In this document: in pieces, positions 37,367-46,970 of the stretch
How positions within the stretch are numbered: the first letter of the stretch is position 1
Layout: the number at the start of each line of letters is the position of its first letter
Assembly: GCA_037139975.1 (NCBI GenBank)
Contig: JBAXFJ010000004.1
Location: forward strand, 1 to 57,431
DNA length: 57,431 nt
Direction of reading: 5' to 3'
Origin: a bacterium
Lineage (GTDB): Bacteria; Patescibacteriota; Minisyncoccia; Phycocordibacterales; SBAW01
Notes under the pieces: model-generated
What the model saw: only the letters and a program-made list of their open reading frames with translations
What the model was told of the DNA's origin: nothing
The model's database searches: none
Translations under genes and position numbers: made by a program

Positions 37367-37815
37367 GCCAGGATGTGTAACGTCTCACTACGCGTGGTTG
37401 TGGGAATGGTTTGTACTGAAGGATGTTTGGGCAATAAAAGCAAAATACTCAATCCTAAGGACATGAGAGAGATAGCAATCAAGAGAATATTTGCTTGGTT
37501 TTTGCTCTGTACGATGTACCATTGTAAAAGTAGTCCTATGATTCCAGGAGACCTTGCCGTGTTTTGTGTGTAATGTGGATGAAAGCGTTTCTGGTTTTGT
37601 TCCAGCTCCTGTTGTATTCGTGCCAGTTCTGCGGTGGTAGATGTTCCGGGTTTTGTGTCAGTATTTGGATTATTGAGTGATGTAGTGCCAAAAAGCGCAT
37701 CATTGATGACGTCTTCGCTCCAACCAGCGGCCCGCAACGCCGCCAAGATTTGCTCTTGGGTAGAACCGGCAGCTTTATTTTGTGCGATGTATTGCAGAAG
37801 TTCGGGTGTGGCCAT
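37363..37815 (-). CDS. Membrane protein with an N-terminal LxxxGW helical domain
   Basis: MATPELLQYI..GSTQEQILAALRAAGWSEDVINDAL; C-terminal TM. Confidence 0.65.
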   Translation of the reverse strand: MATPELLQYIAQNKAAGSTQEQILAALRAAGWSEDVINDALFGTTSLNNPNTDTKPGTSTTAELARIQQELEQNQKRFHPHYTQNTARSPGIIGLLLQWYIVQSKNQANILLIAISLMSLGLSILLLLPKHPSVQTIPTTTRSETLHILA

Positions 37816-37863
37816 ATCTCAAGTGCGCATACACATGCTGTGTGTAGACATTAAAAGTATATA

Positions 37864-38568
37864 CTAGAACCCCGAGCGAGGGTATGTGGAAGTCGCGGTT
37901 TTTTGTGTAGAAGTGGCAAGGGTTTTGAGCTCAGGAATAAGTTTTTGCATCTCGTCGAATGTTTTGAGTCCATAGACCGGTGGCCGGTCATTGATGATGA
38001 ACGCGGGGAGTTTTGCCTCGACGTGACGCAAGGAGGCAAGTGTTTTAAGTGCTGAAAGGTTGAGGTTGTAATCAAACGAATAGACACGAAGTCCTGGGTA
38101 TTGGTCGCGCAAATAGGTGAGCACGTTGCCGGCGCTGCCGCAGTCACTGCAATCGCCGGCATTTGAGTAAAAGTAAAGAATAAACACGGGCTTTTGCCCA
38201 CATTTTTTGCTCACTTGCTCCATTAAAAGGTAGTCTTTGATCTCGAGTAGTGAATATTGAGACTTGAGGTTGATTACTTCTGGGTTGGTTGTGCCCAAGT
38301 TGTCTTCGGTGAATGAGAGGCGGCTCGCGAGCGAATTGAGCTCGCTCGAAAGGACGGGGTTTTGTGATATGGTCTCGCAATCAAGGCTGCCTAAGAGTGC
38401 AAACTGTGTTTCAGACGAGAGAATGTCGGTTGAGACGCTTTCTTCGGCAGCGCGGATCTCGACAACGCGCTGTGCGTCGAGGCGGGACTCGATGTAAAAA
38501 GCAGTCGCAAAAAGCGCAACGGTGATGACAAGCGCAAGCACATATTTTTGCAGGTTTATACGAGCCAT
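37864..38568 (-). CDS. Membrane-anchored protein with a thioredoxin-like CxxC domain
   Basis: ILYFYS..CSDC..LRVYSFD..LPAFII. Confidence 0.65.
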   Translation of the reverse strand: MARINLQKYVLALVITVALFATAFYIESRLDAQRVVEIRAAEESVSTDILSSETQFALLGSLDCETISQNPVLSSELNSLASRLSFTEDNLGTTNPEVINLKSQYSLLEIKDYLLMEQVSKKCGQKPVFILYFYSNAGDCSDCGSAGNVLTYLRDQYPGLRVYSFDYNLNLSALKTLASLRHVEAKLPAFIINDRPPVYGLKTFDEMQKLIPELKTLATSTQKTATSTYPRSGF

Positions 38569-39791
38569 CCTCTTTCTTTTGAGCGCGCGGTGTCCCAGGT
38601 TGCTCGCGCAAGCCACAGTGGTGCAAGGAAGCCAAACAGGAAGAAATAGGACACAAACGATTTAAACGACAGGTCAGTGTGCGCCATGCGCTTGCCAAGC
38701 AAGATGGCAGTCAAGGTCAGGATCATCACCGCGACAACCAAAAAGGTGAGCATGCTGGTGTTGAGGTAAAACCACTCGATGCGCATGTGTGGCAGGTGTA
38801 GGGGGATGCGTGTTGCCCAGGCGCTCATCAGTCGCCCAAACAAGGCTTTTCCCATTTGGTAAAATGCATAACTTGCGCTGTAGAGGCCGGCCATAAATGC
38901 AGCGAGGCCAAAGGGTAATATGAGAAGGCCAAAGTGCCCATATTTTGGATTGAAGTACATGTAGGAATAGTCGCGGGAGTTTTCAAGGAAGCCGCGCGAC
39001 CAACGGGTGCGCTGGCGAACAAGCGCGCCCACCGTGTTGGGGACGTTGGTCGAGACGACCGCGTGGTGGGCATTGACGATCTTCAGGCCGTTGGCGTGCA
39101 TACGAAACGCCATCTCCATGTCTTCGGTGTGGTGCGCTTTGCGAAATTGGCCGATCTTTTCGAAGACTTCGCGACGATAAATTGAAAATGGTCCAGGCAG
39201 GACAGAGATAGCGTGTATGTTGTCGAACATCTTTTTATAGAAAATCCCAAAGGTATACTCGACCGACTGCATCATCTCGAGAAGGTTTCGTGAACGATTC
39301 ACCTTCATCGCTGGTGCCACTGCCATGGTTTGTGGGTCTTCTTCAAACTCTTTTACGATCTCAAGGAGTGCGTCGGGAGCAACAAACGAGTCTGCGTCGA
39401 GGCAGCCGACCAGGTCGCTGTGTGAATGATTAATGCCAAAGTTGAGTGCGCCAAACTTGCTCCCTTCGTTTTCCTTTTGATAGACCGTAATCTGGGGGTG
39501 GTGCGCAAACTGCATCGCGACTTCATAGGTGTTGTCCACTGACCCATCGTCAATGATGATGATGGAGAGTTTTTCTTTTGGATAGTCGAGCGCAAGGAGC
39601 GAGTGGATGGTTGCTGGCAGGGTTGTTGCCTTGTTCCAGCAAGGGACCAATATGGCGACACTGGGATAGTGTTTGGGGCGAGTGTTGGTCTTCTTCTCTG
39701 GGCGCTTTTCGACGAATGAAATCAACATAAACACCTCGAAATAGAGGGCCAAAAAGAGGCACACGTATAGACCGAACATCCCGATATGCAT
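38556..39791 (-). CDS. Processive GT2 glycosyltransferase (IcaA/PgaC-like)
   Basis: DDGS, DADS, TED, QRTRW; flanking TMs (start could be 39779). Confidence 0.9.
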   Translation of the reverse strand: MHIGMFGLYVCLFLALYFEVFMLISFVEKRPEKKTNTRPKHYPSVAILVPCWNKATTLPATIHSLLALDYPKEKLSIIIIDDGSVDNTYEVAMQFAHHPQITVYQKENEGSKFGALNFGINHSHSDLVGCLDADSFVAPDALLEIVKEFEEDPQTMAVAPAMKVNRSRNLLEMMQSVEYTFGIFYKKMFDNIHAISVLPGPFSIYRREVFEKIGQFRKAHHTEDMEMAFRMHANGLKIVNAHHAVVSTNVPNTVGALVRQRTRWSRGFLENSRDYSYMYFNPKYGHFGLLILPFGLAAFMAGLYSASYAFYQMGKALFGRLMSAWATRIPLHLPHMRIEWFYLNTSMLTFLVVAVMILTLTAILLGKRMAHTDLSFKSFVSYFFLFGFLAPLWLARATWDTARSKERGWLV

Positions 39792-39836
39792 GGCTCTAGG
39801 ATACCATTTTTATATAAAAACGGCTATAGTGGTGAG

Positions 39837-40574
39837 GTGGAAGCTGCAAAAGGTCACATACACCCGATTTCCAGTCTGATGCGCGAGGCAAACCGCATCT
39901 TTTTTGACATGGGATTTACCTTTGCCGAGGGGCCGCTGCTCGAAACCGAGTGGTACAACTTCGACTCGTTAAATGTCCCCAAAGACCACCCTGCCCGTGA
40001 TATGCAGGACACTTTCTTTATTAAAGACGAGCCAGGGCATGTCTTGCGCACCCACACGAGCCCTGTGCAGATACATTATATGGAAGAGCAGATGAAAAAG
40101 GGAATAGAACCCCCATATCGAATCATTGTGCCAGGAAGAGCATTTCGCAACGAGGCAACCGACATGACACACGAAGCAGAATTTTTCCAAATAGAGGGTT
40201 TGGTGGTGGGCGAGGACATTACCTTGGCGCACCTCAAAGGCACGCTCGCTGAGTTTTTTGCAAAGCTCTTTAAAGGTGCTTCGGTTGAGATTCGCTTCCG
40301 ACCAAGCTTCTTTCCATTCGTCGAGCCGGGGGTCGAGGTCGACATGATGCTGGTGGGCGAGGGCGTCCCCGAGAAACTTCAAAATAAATGGATAGAAATT
40401 ATGGGCGCGGGCATGGTGCACCCCAACGTGCTTAAGAATGCGGGCGTTGATCCAAAGAAATATCAAGGTTTTGCCTTTGGCATGGGCCTCGACCGGCTGG
40501 CCCTTTTGCGCTGGGGCATCGACGATGTGCGCCTCATGCACTCGGGCGACCTGCGCTTCATCAATCAGTTTTAA
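39837..40574 (+). CDS. pheS: Phenylalanyl-tRNA synthetase alpha subunit (short)
   Basis: HPARDMQDTF, LRTHTSPVQ, FRPSFFPFVEP, GFAFGMGLDR; GTG start 6 nt after TATAGT. Confidence 0.95.
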   Translation: MEAAKGHIHPISSLMREANRIFFDMGFTFAEGPLLETEWYNFDSLNVPKDHPARDMQDTFFIKDEPGHVLRTHTSPVQIHYMEEQMKKGIEPPYRIIVPGRAFRNEATDMTHEAEFFQIEGLVVGEDITLAHLKGTLAEFFAKLFKGASVEIRFRPSFFPFVEPGVEVDMMLVGEGVPEKLQNKWIEIMGAGMVHPNVLKNAGVDPKKYQGFAFGMGLDRLALLRWGIDDVRLMHSGDLRFINQF

Positions 40575-40589
40575 GCGATATATATTTGT

Positions 40590-42473
40590 ATGAAAATTTC
40601 TTGCAACTGGCTCCAGATATATTTTGAGCAGGAACTGCCTAATGCCGAGGTGTTGTCGGACGCACTCACGTTCCATGTGTTCGAGATAGATGGGATAGAA
40701 AAAGTAGGCGGGGATGATGTGCTTGATGTAAAAGTTACACCCAACCGTGGGCATGATTGCCTTTCGCACGCGGGCATCGCCCGCGAGCTTTCGGCGATTT
40801 TAACAGTGCCGATGAAGCGCGATCCGCTGGCCAACTCCTCTTCTTCTGACCTTTCTATCCGCTCGCTTGAGCCTAAACTCGGCGAGCTCCAGGAAGGGTC
40901 TCCAGAAAAGTCGCTGGTATTGGTGCGTATAGAAACGCCGCTCTGTAGGCGCTACATCGCTGGGCATATGAAGGGCGTTAAAGTTGGTCCATCGCCCGAC
41001 TGGTTGCGTTCTGCGTTAGAATCGATGGGACAAAAGTCTATAAATAATATAGTGGATGCGACCAACTATGTGATGTTCGACCTGGGGCAGCCGCTGCACG
41101 CCTTTGACGCAGGCAAGCTTGCCCCTGACCTAAGGTTAAACCTTAGCCCAGACCTCCCAAGGTTTAACCTTGAAGTCAGAAACGCGAAGCCGGGTGAAAA
41201 GTTGCTGGCGCTCGATGAAAAAGAATACGCGCTTGCAGAACATATGCTCGTGATTGCTGATGGTAATTCAGGAGATGCGATTGGTGTTGCGGGAGTCAAA
41301 GGCGGCAAGCCTGCGGAGATCTCTGAAAGCACAACCGAGATCATTATTGAGTCTGCCAACTTCGACGGCGCCTGTGTGCGCAAGACTGCCCAAGCGCTCA
41401 AGCTGCGCACCGATGCTTCAGCGCGTTTTGAGCAGCAGCTCTCGCCCGAGCTCGCGGGCTACGCGATGCGCGCGGTTATCGAACTTATCCAAAAAATAGC
41501 AGGCGGCGAGGTGGTGGGCTTTTGTGATGTGTATCCTGAGTCGCAGAAACAAACCTACGTTTCGGTTACGACTGAAAAAATAAATCAAGTTTTGGGTACA
41601 GCGTTAACCGGAGCAGATGTTGCGGACGTGTTTCAGCGTCTTGGGTTTGCATACAAAGAGCAAGAAGGGGTGTTTGAGGTGCAGCCGCCATTCCAGAGAC
41701 TTGATCTAGAAATCTCAGAAGATTTGGTTGAAGAAGTGGGGCGTATTGTGGGGTATGACAAAGTTTTGCCCGCGCCACTTCCTGCTTTTTCTGCACAACC
41801 AGAGATAAATCAAAATTTTGCTGCAGCAGAAAAAGTGCGAGAAGAGCTTGTCAATCAAGGGTGTTCTGAAGTTTTCACTTCCGTATTTGCCGAGAAAGGC
41901 GAGCGAGTAGTGTTAAATAAAGTAGATGGCGTGCGGCCTTATATGCGCACAACGCTGGTGGATGGTTTGCAGGATGCGCTCAAGAAAAATATCCCTAATA
42001 AAGATTTATTGGGTCTTAAAGAAATCAAGCTTTTTGAAATCGGTACTGTTTGGAGGAAAGGCAAAGAAATAACGATGCTCGGGACTATTGTCGAGGGTGA
42101 GAAGGCTACAGAAAAACCACTCGAATCAATTGATGCCACTGAGTATCAAAATCTACCACTCTCGAAGACTGACCGATATCAGTCATTTTCAAAATATCCT
42201 TACATCGTGCGCGATGTGGCATTTTGGACTCCTACTGGGACAGGCGAAACTGCTGTCGCAGAGATGATTAAAACAGAGGCGGGGGGTCCGCCAGCTGGCG
42301 GAGTGCTTCAAAGTATTCGCTTGTTCGATACGTTTACAAAAGGAGATAAAACCTCGCTCGGATTTCGCCTCATATTCCAGTCGTTTGAAAAGACGCTTAC
42401 CGACGACGAGGTGAATCCGATTATGGAGAAAATCTATACAAAACTAAAGGCGGAGGGGTTTGAAATTAGGTAA
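40590..42473 (+). CDS. pheT: Phenylalanyl-tRNA synthetase beta subunit (reduced)
   Basis: TPNRGHDCLS, INNIVDATNY, GQPLHAFD, DLVEEVGR, C-terminal anticodon-binding domain. Confidence 0.95.
   Translation: MKISCNWLQIYFEQELPNAEVLSDALTFHVFEIDGIEKVGGDDVLDVKVTPNRGHDCLSHAGIARELSAILTVPMKRDPLANSSSSDLSIRSLEPKLGELQEGSPEKSLVLVRIETPLCRRYIAGHMKGVKVGPSPDWLRSALESMGQKSINNIVDATNYVMFDLGQPLHAFDAGKLAPDLRLNLSPDLPRFNLEVRNAKPGEKLLALDEKEYALAEHMLVIADGNSGDAIGVAGVKGGKPAEISESTTEIIIESANFDGACVRKTAQALKLRTDASARFEQQLSPELAGYAMRAVIELIQKIAGGEVVGFCDVYPESQKQTYVSVTTEKINQVLGTALTGADVADVFQRLGFAYKEQEGVFEVQPPFQRLDLEISEDLVEEVGRIVGYDKVLPAPLPAFSAQPEINQNFAAAEKVREELVNQGCSEVFTSVFAEKGERVVLNKVDGVRPYMRTTLVDGLQDALKKNIPNKDLLGLKEIKLFEIGTVWRKGKEITMLGTIVEGEKATEKPLESIDATEYQNLPLSKTDRYQSFSKYPYIVRDVAFWTPTGTGETAVAEMIKTEAGGPPAGGVLQSIRLFDTFTKGDKTSLGFRLIFQSFEKTLTDDEVNPIMEKIYTKLKAEGFEIR
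41130..41172. repeat. Two AAGGTT(A/T)AACCTT palindromes inside pheT
   Basis: ctaaggttaaaccttag (41130-41146) and caaggtttaaccttg (41158-41172); third copy at 53908-53928. Confidence 0.75.
42287..42302. repeat. TCCGCCAGCTGGCGGA palindrome inside pheT (encodes PPAGG)
   Basis: Identical to the core of the intergenic palindrome at 897-916. Confidence 0.75.
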
Positions 42474-42476
42474 AAA

Positions 42477-42516
42477 AGAGGCCGAGCGATGTGCTCGGCC
42501 TGCGTGTTTTCTTTTT
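42477..42516. terminator. Terminator-like hairpin between convergent genes
   Basis: aggccgagc-gatgt-gctcggcct with A- and T-rich flanks. Confidence 0.7.
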
Positions 42517-42520
42517 GGTA

Positions 42521-43123
42521 TTAGTCCGGTTTCCTGAGAATCAAGTGCCACTCATGCCACTGTATTGGTACGGTTTTGCCAGTTGGCGCTGAATGAGAGC
42601 GCTCTTCTTTTTGATACAAAACCTCCCAACCCTGCGTGATCTCCATGACCTCTGTGGTGGTGAAGCCGCACACTACGCTGTCTTTCACCCAATCGGCCTC
42701 CATGCCCATGAGGTTGAAGGCGAAGACTCCTCCTGGGCGAAGGGCTCGGTGCGCCATGATCACCACTTTTTTGATATCTGGTTTGAATAGGAACCACAGC
42801 GCTCTGATTGAGAGCACGATGTCGAGAGAACTGCACTCTGCCTCGTAGCGCTCCATTCGTTTGAGAATAAACGTTACGCTGTCTACGCCTTTGGTATGGT
42901 CCGCCGCAAAAGGGTTTTGATCCACAGCGTGAACCCTTGCAAAGCCGGAGTCGACCAAATGACGTGCATTTACACCTGCGCCCGAACCCAGGTCAAGTGC
43001 CATGCCACGCCGCTCGTGCCCCAAGGCCTCTAAAGCGAGGGCAACCAGGGGGTCTGCTGCTCGCCCCTGTGTTTCTGAGTAGTATGCACGCCAGCCGCTA
43101 GTGTTGATCTTTGTATCGATCAT
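42521..43123 (-). CDS. Class I SAM-dependent methyltransferase
   Basis: ALDLGSGAG, VHAVD, LRPGG. Confidence 0.88.
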   Translation of the reverse strand: MIDTKINTSGWRAYYSETQGRAADPLVALALEALGHERRGMALDLGSGAGVNARHLVDSGFARVHAVDQNPFAADHTKGVDSVTFILKRMERYEAECSSLDIVLSIRALWFLFKPDIKKVVIMAHRALRPGGVFAFNLMGMEADWVKDSVVCGFTTTEVMEITQGWEVLYQKEERSHSAPTGKTVPIQWHEWHLILRKPD

Positions 43124-43282
43124 CGGACACCCCTTTTTTTTTGTGAGTTGGTTGCAGAATCCAATATCAGAATAACACAAAAGTGTTTGTTTGCAAGATT
43201 TTCTGGAATCAGTATGTTGTCTCTGTCTCTACGTTGGGATATTTTTGTGATATACTGGAGCCAACCAGAGAGGTTATTTTTT

Positions 43283-45418
43283 ATGGCTAAAGAAGAAAAG
43301 AAATCGTCATACAGTGCGGCCGACATCACCGTGCTCGAAGGGCTCGAGGCAGTGCGCCGTCGCCCGGGCATGTACATCGGCACCACGGGGACCGATGGCC
43401 TGCACCACCTGGTGTGGGAGGTGTTCGACAACTCGCGCGACGAGGCGATGGGTGGTTTTGCCGACGATATTGAAGTGGTGTTGCTACCGGGCCCAAACAA
43501 AGGCGAGACGCTCGTGCGCGTGGCCGACAACGGCCGCGGCATTCCCGTTGATGTGCACAAAGCAACCAAGGTCTCAGCGCTCGAGACCATCATGACGACG
43601 CTCCATGCCGGTGGCAAGTTTGGCGGCGAGGGATACAAAGTTTCGGGAGGTTTGCACGGCGTGGGTGCCTCGGTGGTGAACGCGCTCTCGACCTACTTAC
43701 TCGCCGAAGTGCACCGCGACGGCGGCGCATACTGCCAAGAGTATGCGCTCGGCAAAAAGAAAGCACCGATTAAAAAACTCGGTTCATCGAAATTGCACGG
43801 CACGGTCATTTCTTTCTCCCCCGACGCAAGCATCTTTACTACTACCACTGAGTTTGATTTTGCTAAAATAGTTTCGCACTTGCGTGAGCAGGCCTACTTG
43901 GTCAAGAGTCTGCGTATCACCATCATCGACGCGCGCGAGAGTACGATCAAGTTACCCAAGCCAGGCGACGGTCTCTACATCCGCGACCTCCTCACCGGCT
44001 CTCCCTCGCAAACATTCTACTTTGAAGGGGGCCTCCGCTCGCTCATTTCGTTCCATAACCGCTACCAAAAGCCAGTACACAAAAATATTTTCTATATTGA
44101 TAAAGAATTCATTCCGCCGGGTGGTGCGGCGGCGGATAGTGTTGCGGTTGAGATCGCTCTGCAATATGTTGATGACATCTCCTCGCGTGTGTTTCCCTTT
44201 GCCAACAATATCTACAACCTCGAGGGCGGCACCCACATCACCGGCTTTAAAACAGCGCTCACGCGCACGCTCAACGCCTATGGGCGCAAGGCGAACGCGA
44301 TTAAAGACAGCGAAGAAAACTTTACTGGCGATGATGTTTTAGAGGGCCTCACCGCGGTGGTGTCGGTCAAGCTTCGCGAGATCCAGTTCGAGGGCCAAAC
44401 CAAAGGGAAGCTCGGCTCTGTCGAGGCGCGTAGCGCGGTAGACACTGTCTTCGCAAGCGCTTTCAACGAGTTTCTTGAGGAGAATCCGGATGATGCGCGC
44501 GCGATTATTTCAAAATCAATCCTTGCTTTAAAGGCGCGCAAAGCCGCCAAAGCCGCCAAAGACTCGGTGATGCGCAAAGGGGCGCTTGAAGGCATGACCC
44601 TGCCGGGCAAGCTCGCCGACTGCCAGACCAAAGACCCAAGCGAGTCTGAAATATTTATTGTGGAAGGAGACTCGGCAGGTGGCTCGGCCAAGACGGGGCG
44701 CGACAGGCGCACCCAAGCGGTCTTGCCACTGCGCGGTAAAATCCTCAATGTTGAACGGGCGCGCCTCGACAAGATGCTCGCGAGCGAGCAGATTAAAAAC
44801 TTGGTGGTGGCGCTCGGCACCGCCATCGGCGACGTGTTTGATATCAGCAAACTCCGCTACCATAAAGTCATTATCGCGACCGATGCCGACGTCGACGGGG
44901 CGCACATCCGCACGCTCCTGCTCACCCTGCTCTATCGCCACTTTAAGCCGCTCATCGAGGGTGGGTTTATCTACATCGCCCAGCCGCCGCTCTATAAAAT
45001 CAAACGCGGCAAAGAAGTCCACTATGTCTATTCAGACGAAGAGAAAAATGCATTGCTTGGTGCCGACGCCGACAAGGTGCAGGTAGAAGGCGCTGAAGAA
45101 GAAGACGAAAAGGGTTCTACTGGTGAAGGGGTAGAGGGTGAAGATGAGGGTGTGGGCGAAGACAGCGAAGCAGAAAATGCAAAAGCTAAAAAGAAAGAAC
45201 AACGAGTTTCGATGCAACGCTACAAAGGTCTGGGAGAGATGAACCCCGAGGAGCTCTGGGAGACAACCATGGACCCCAAGAACCGCGTGCTTAAACAAGT
45301 AAACATCACCGACGCTGCCGATGCCGACAGTATCTTTAACATACTCATGGGCGAAGATGTCTCTTCGCGCAAGTCGTTCATCCAGTCAAATGCTAAACTC
45401 GCCAATTTGGATATTTAG
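43283..45418 (+). CDS. gyrB: DNA gyrase subunit B
   Basis: LEAVRRRPGMYIG, HAGGKF, GGLHGVG, EGDSAGG, PLRGK, DADVDG, RYKGLGEM. Confidence 0.96.
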   Translation: MAKEEKKSSYSAADITVLEGLEAVRRRPGMYIGTTGTDGLHHLVWEVFDNSRDEAMGGFADDIEVVLLPGPNKGETLVRVADNGRGIPVDVHKATKVSALETIMTTLHAGGKFGGEGYKVSGGLHGVGASVVNALSTYLLAEVHRDGGAYCQEYALGKKKAPIKKLGSSKLHGTVISFSPDASIFTTTTEFDFAKIVSHLREQAYLVKSLRITIIDARESTIKLPKPGDGLYIRDLLTGSPSQTFYFEGGLRSLISFHNRYQKPVHKNIFYIDKEFIPPGGAAADSVAVEIALQYVDDISSRVFPFANNIYNLEGGTHITGFKTALTRTLNAYGRKANAIKDSEENFTGDDVLEGLTAVVSVKLREIQFEGQTKGKLGSVEARSAVDTVFASAFNEFLEENPDDARAIISKSILALKARKAAKAAKDSVMRKGALEGMTLPGKLADCQTKDPSESEIFIVEGDSAGGSAKTGRDRRTQAVLPLRGKILNVERARLDKMLASEQIKNLVVALGTAIGDVFDISKLRYHKVIIATDADVDGAHIRTLLLTLLYRHFKPLIEGGFIYIAQPPLYKIKRGKEVHYVYSDEEKNALLGADADKVQVEGAEEEDEKGSTGEGVEGEDEGVGEDSEAENAKAKKKEQRVSMQRYKGLGEMNPEELWETTMDPKNRVLKQVNITDAADADSIFNILMGEDVSSRKSFIQSNAKLANLDI

Positions 45419-45577
45419 TCCCTCCAGATTTTTAGTACGCACATAGGGGCTGGGCAGATGTATAAAACTTTCTTCGCGCGGTCGAAATACCACCCGACCC
45501 AAAAGTCATACCAAAGAAAGTAGAATTGTATGTGTAGTTTGCCGTTGCCAAACATGCCCTAATTCTAACTCGATTTT

Positions 45578-46627
45578 TTAATACACCGGCAAAGGAAGAG
45601 AGGCGATGTTGTTTTGCTCGTTATTTTCTTGCGCGATGTTTTGCGGGTCGGCGATGACAGTGAAAATATCTTGGTGCTGGGCGAAGTATTGATTGTTGTT
45701 GAGGGGGATGTCGAAGCCGAGTGTATAGACGATCTTGTCGCCTGGGTAGAGCTTTTGCTGCATAGGGCTGTGGTAGGTGTAAGGAGAATTGAGTGGGATA
45801 ATGGCATCAAAAGCCCAGTTGGCGGGGGTGACGTTAGTGCCAATGTTTTGAATCACAAACTGTGCGGTGTAGTGGACAGGGCCGAGCGCGCTGTTGGTGT
45901 TAGCACTTGTGGGCGTGACCGAAAGTATCTGCACGGTGAAGTCAGGGAAACCCGAAAGGCTGGCGCGCTTACTTGAAGTTGCTGGTTTTGCGGTTGTGAC
46001 GGGCGTTGCTTTTGCTGTGGTTGTGGTGGCAGAGGTGTTGGTTGGCGTTGCTGCGCTCGCGTGTAGCGCAGGAAGCACCACCGTGGTGCTCGAGGCAACA
46101 GCGGTGACCGTCCCATCTGCAAGTCGTTGGGCAAAAATAACGAGAGAGGTTGTTGCTTGTTTTTGTCCCACAACGATGAGCGCCAGCGGCATCGAGCTGG
46201 TTGCATCTATAAAATCGAACGGAGTGTTGCAGGCGACCTCTTTGTATGTGCCGGTCGGCACGAGTGTTTTTGCTGAAAGGTTGGCAGCGCACGAATAGGA
46301 GACTTGGTATGCGTATGCGCCCGTCTCGCCTTGGTGATTCCATAAAAGGAGAAATGCTTGCCCGCTCGTGATGATGTTTGGCGCCATGAGAGACAGGGTC
46401 TCCGGCACGAGGGGGAGTTGTGTCGCAGTTGATGTGGAAACGGTAGTAGAAAGCGTGTTTGTTTGGGTTGTTTGTGTAATAGTGGTGCTGGTTGTGGTAT
46501 CAAAAAGTGTTGGAATGTAGAAGGCGATTTGAATAATACCCCACGCACCAACGAGTAATACGGCCACAAGGCCTACGACTGCAACAGCGCGCAAGATCAA
46601 GTCCCGAAACGATGGTTTGTCTGACAT
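45578..46627 (-). CDS. Membrane-anchored Thr-rich surface protein with a CARDB/Ig-like C-terminus
   Basis: N-terminal TM; PDFTV..IQNIGT..VIADPQN..E.NEQNN. Confidence 0.65.
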   Translation of the reverse strand: MSDKPSFRDLILRAVAVVGLVAVLLVGAWGIIQIAFYIPTLFDTTTSTTITQTTQTNTLSTTVSTSTATQLPLVPETLSLMAPNIITSGQAFLLLWNHQGETGAYAYQVSYSCAANLSAKTLVPTGTYKEVACNTPFDFIDATSSMPLALIVVGQKQATTSLVIFAQRLADGTVTAVASSTTVVLPALHASAATPTNTSATTTTAKATPVTTAKPATSSKRASLSGFPDFTVQILSVTPTSANTNSALGPVHYTAQFVIQNIGTNVTPANWAFDAIIPLNSPYTYHSPMQQKLYPGDKIVYTLGFDIPLNNNQYFAQHQDIFTVIADPQNIAQENNEQNNIASLPLPVY

Positions 46628-46706
46628 GTAAAGACTTTATCATACATGACGTTTCTGTCAAGTCGCATTATTTGACAACATACCGTTATTTTGTTATTGT
46701 TGTCTC

Positions 46707-46922
46707 ATGTTAAAGAAGGGCGCAAAAGTCATCGAAGAGCCAGTAAGGGCGGTCCAAAAGAACTCGCAGATACGCGAGGTTCGTAAGACGTTCCAACAAG
46801 ATGGCCAGTGGATCGAGCGTCCAAACAAGACAACCATTCTGATCTGTCTTTGCGGCAATCGCTACCTCAAAACGCGTCTCAAACAAGAAAAGTGCTTGCG
46901 CTGCATCTCGCGCGCGGTCTAG
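46707..46922 (+). CDS. Small basic putative zinc-ribbon protein
   Basis: CLC..CLRC; TTGACA-type promoter upstream. Confidence 0.55.
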   Translation: MLKKGAKVIEEPVRAVQKNSQIREVRKTFQQDGQWIERPNKTTILICLCGNRYLKTRLKQEKCLRCISRAV

Positions 46923-46970
46923 GTTTCCAACACCTGCTCTTGTAAAGTGCTGGGTGTATAGTGGTGCCGT

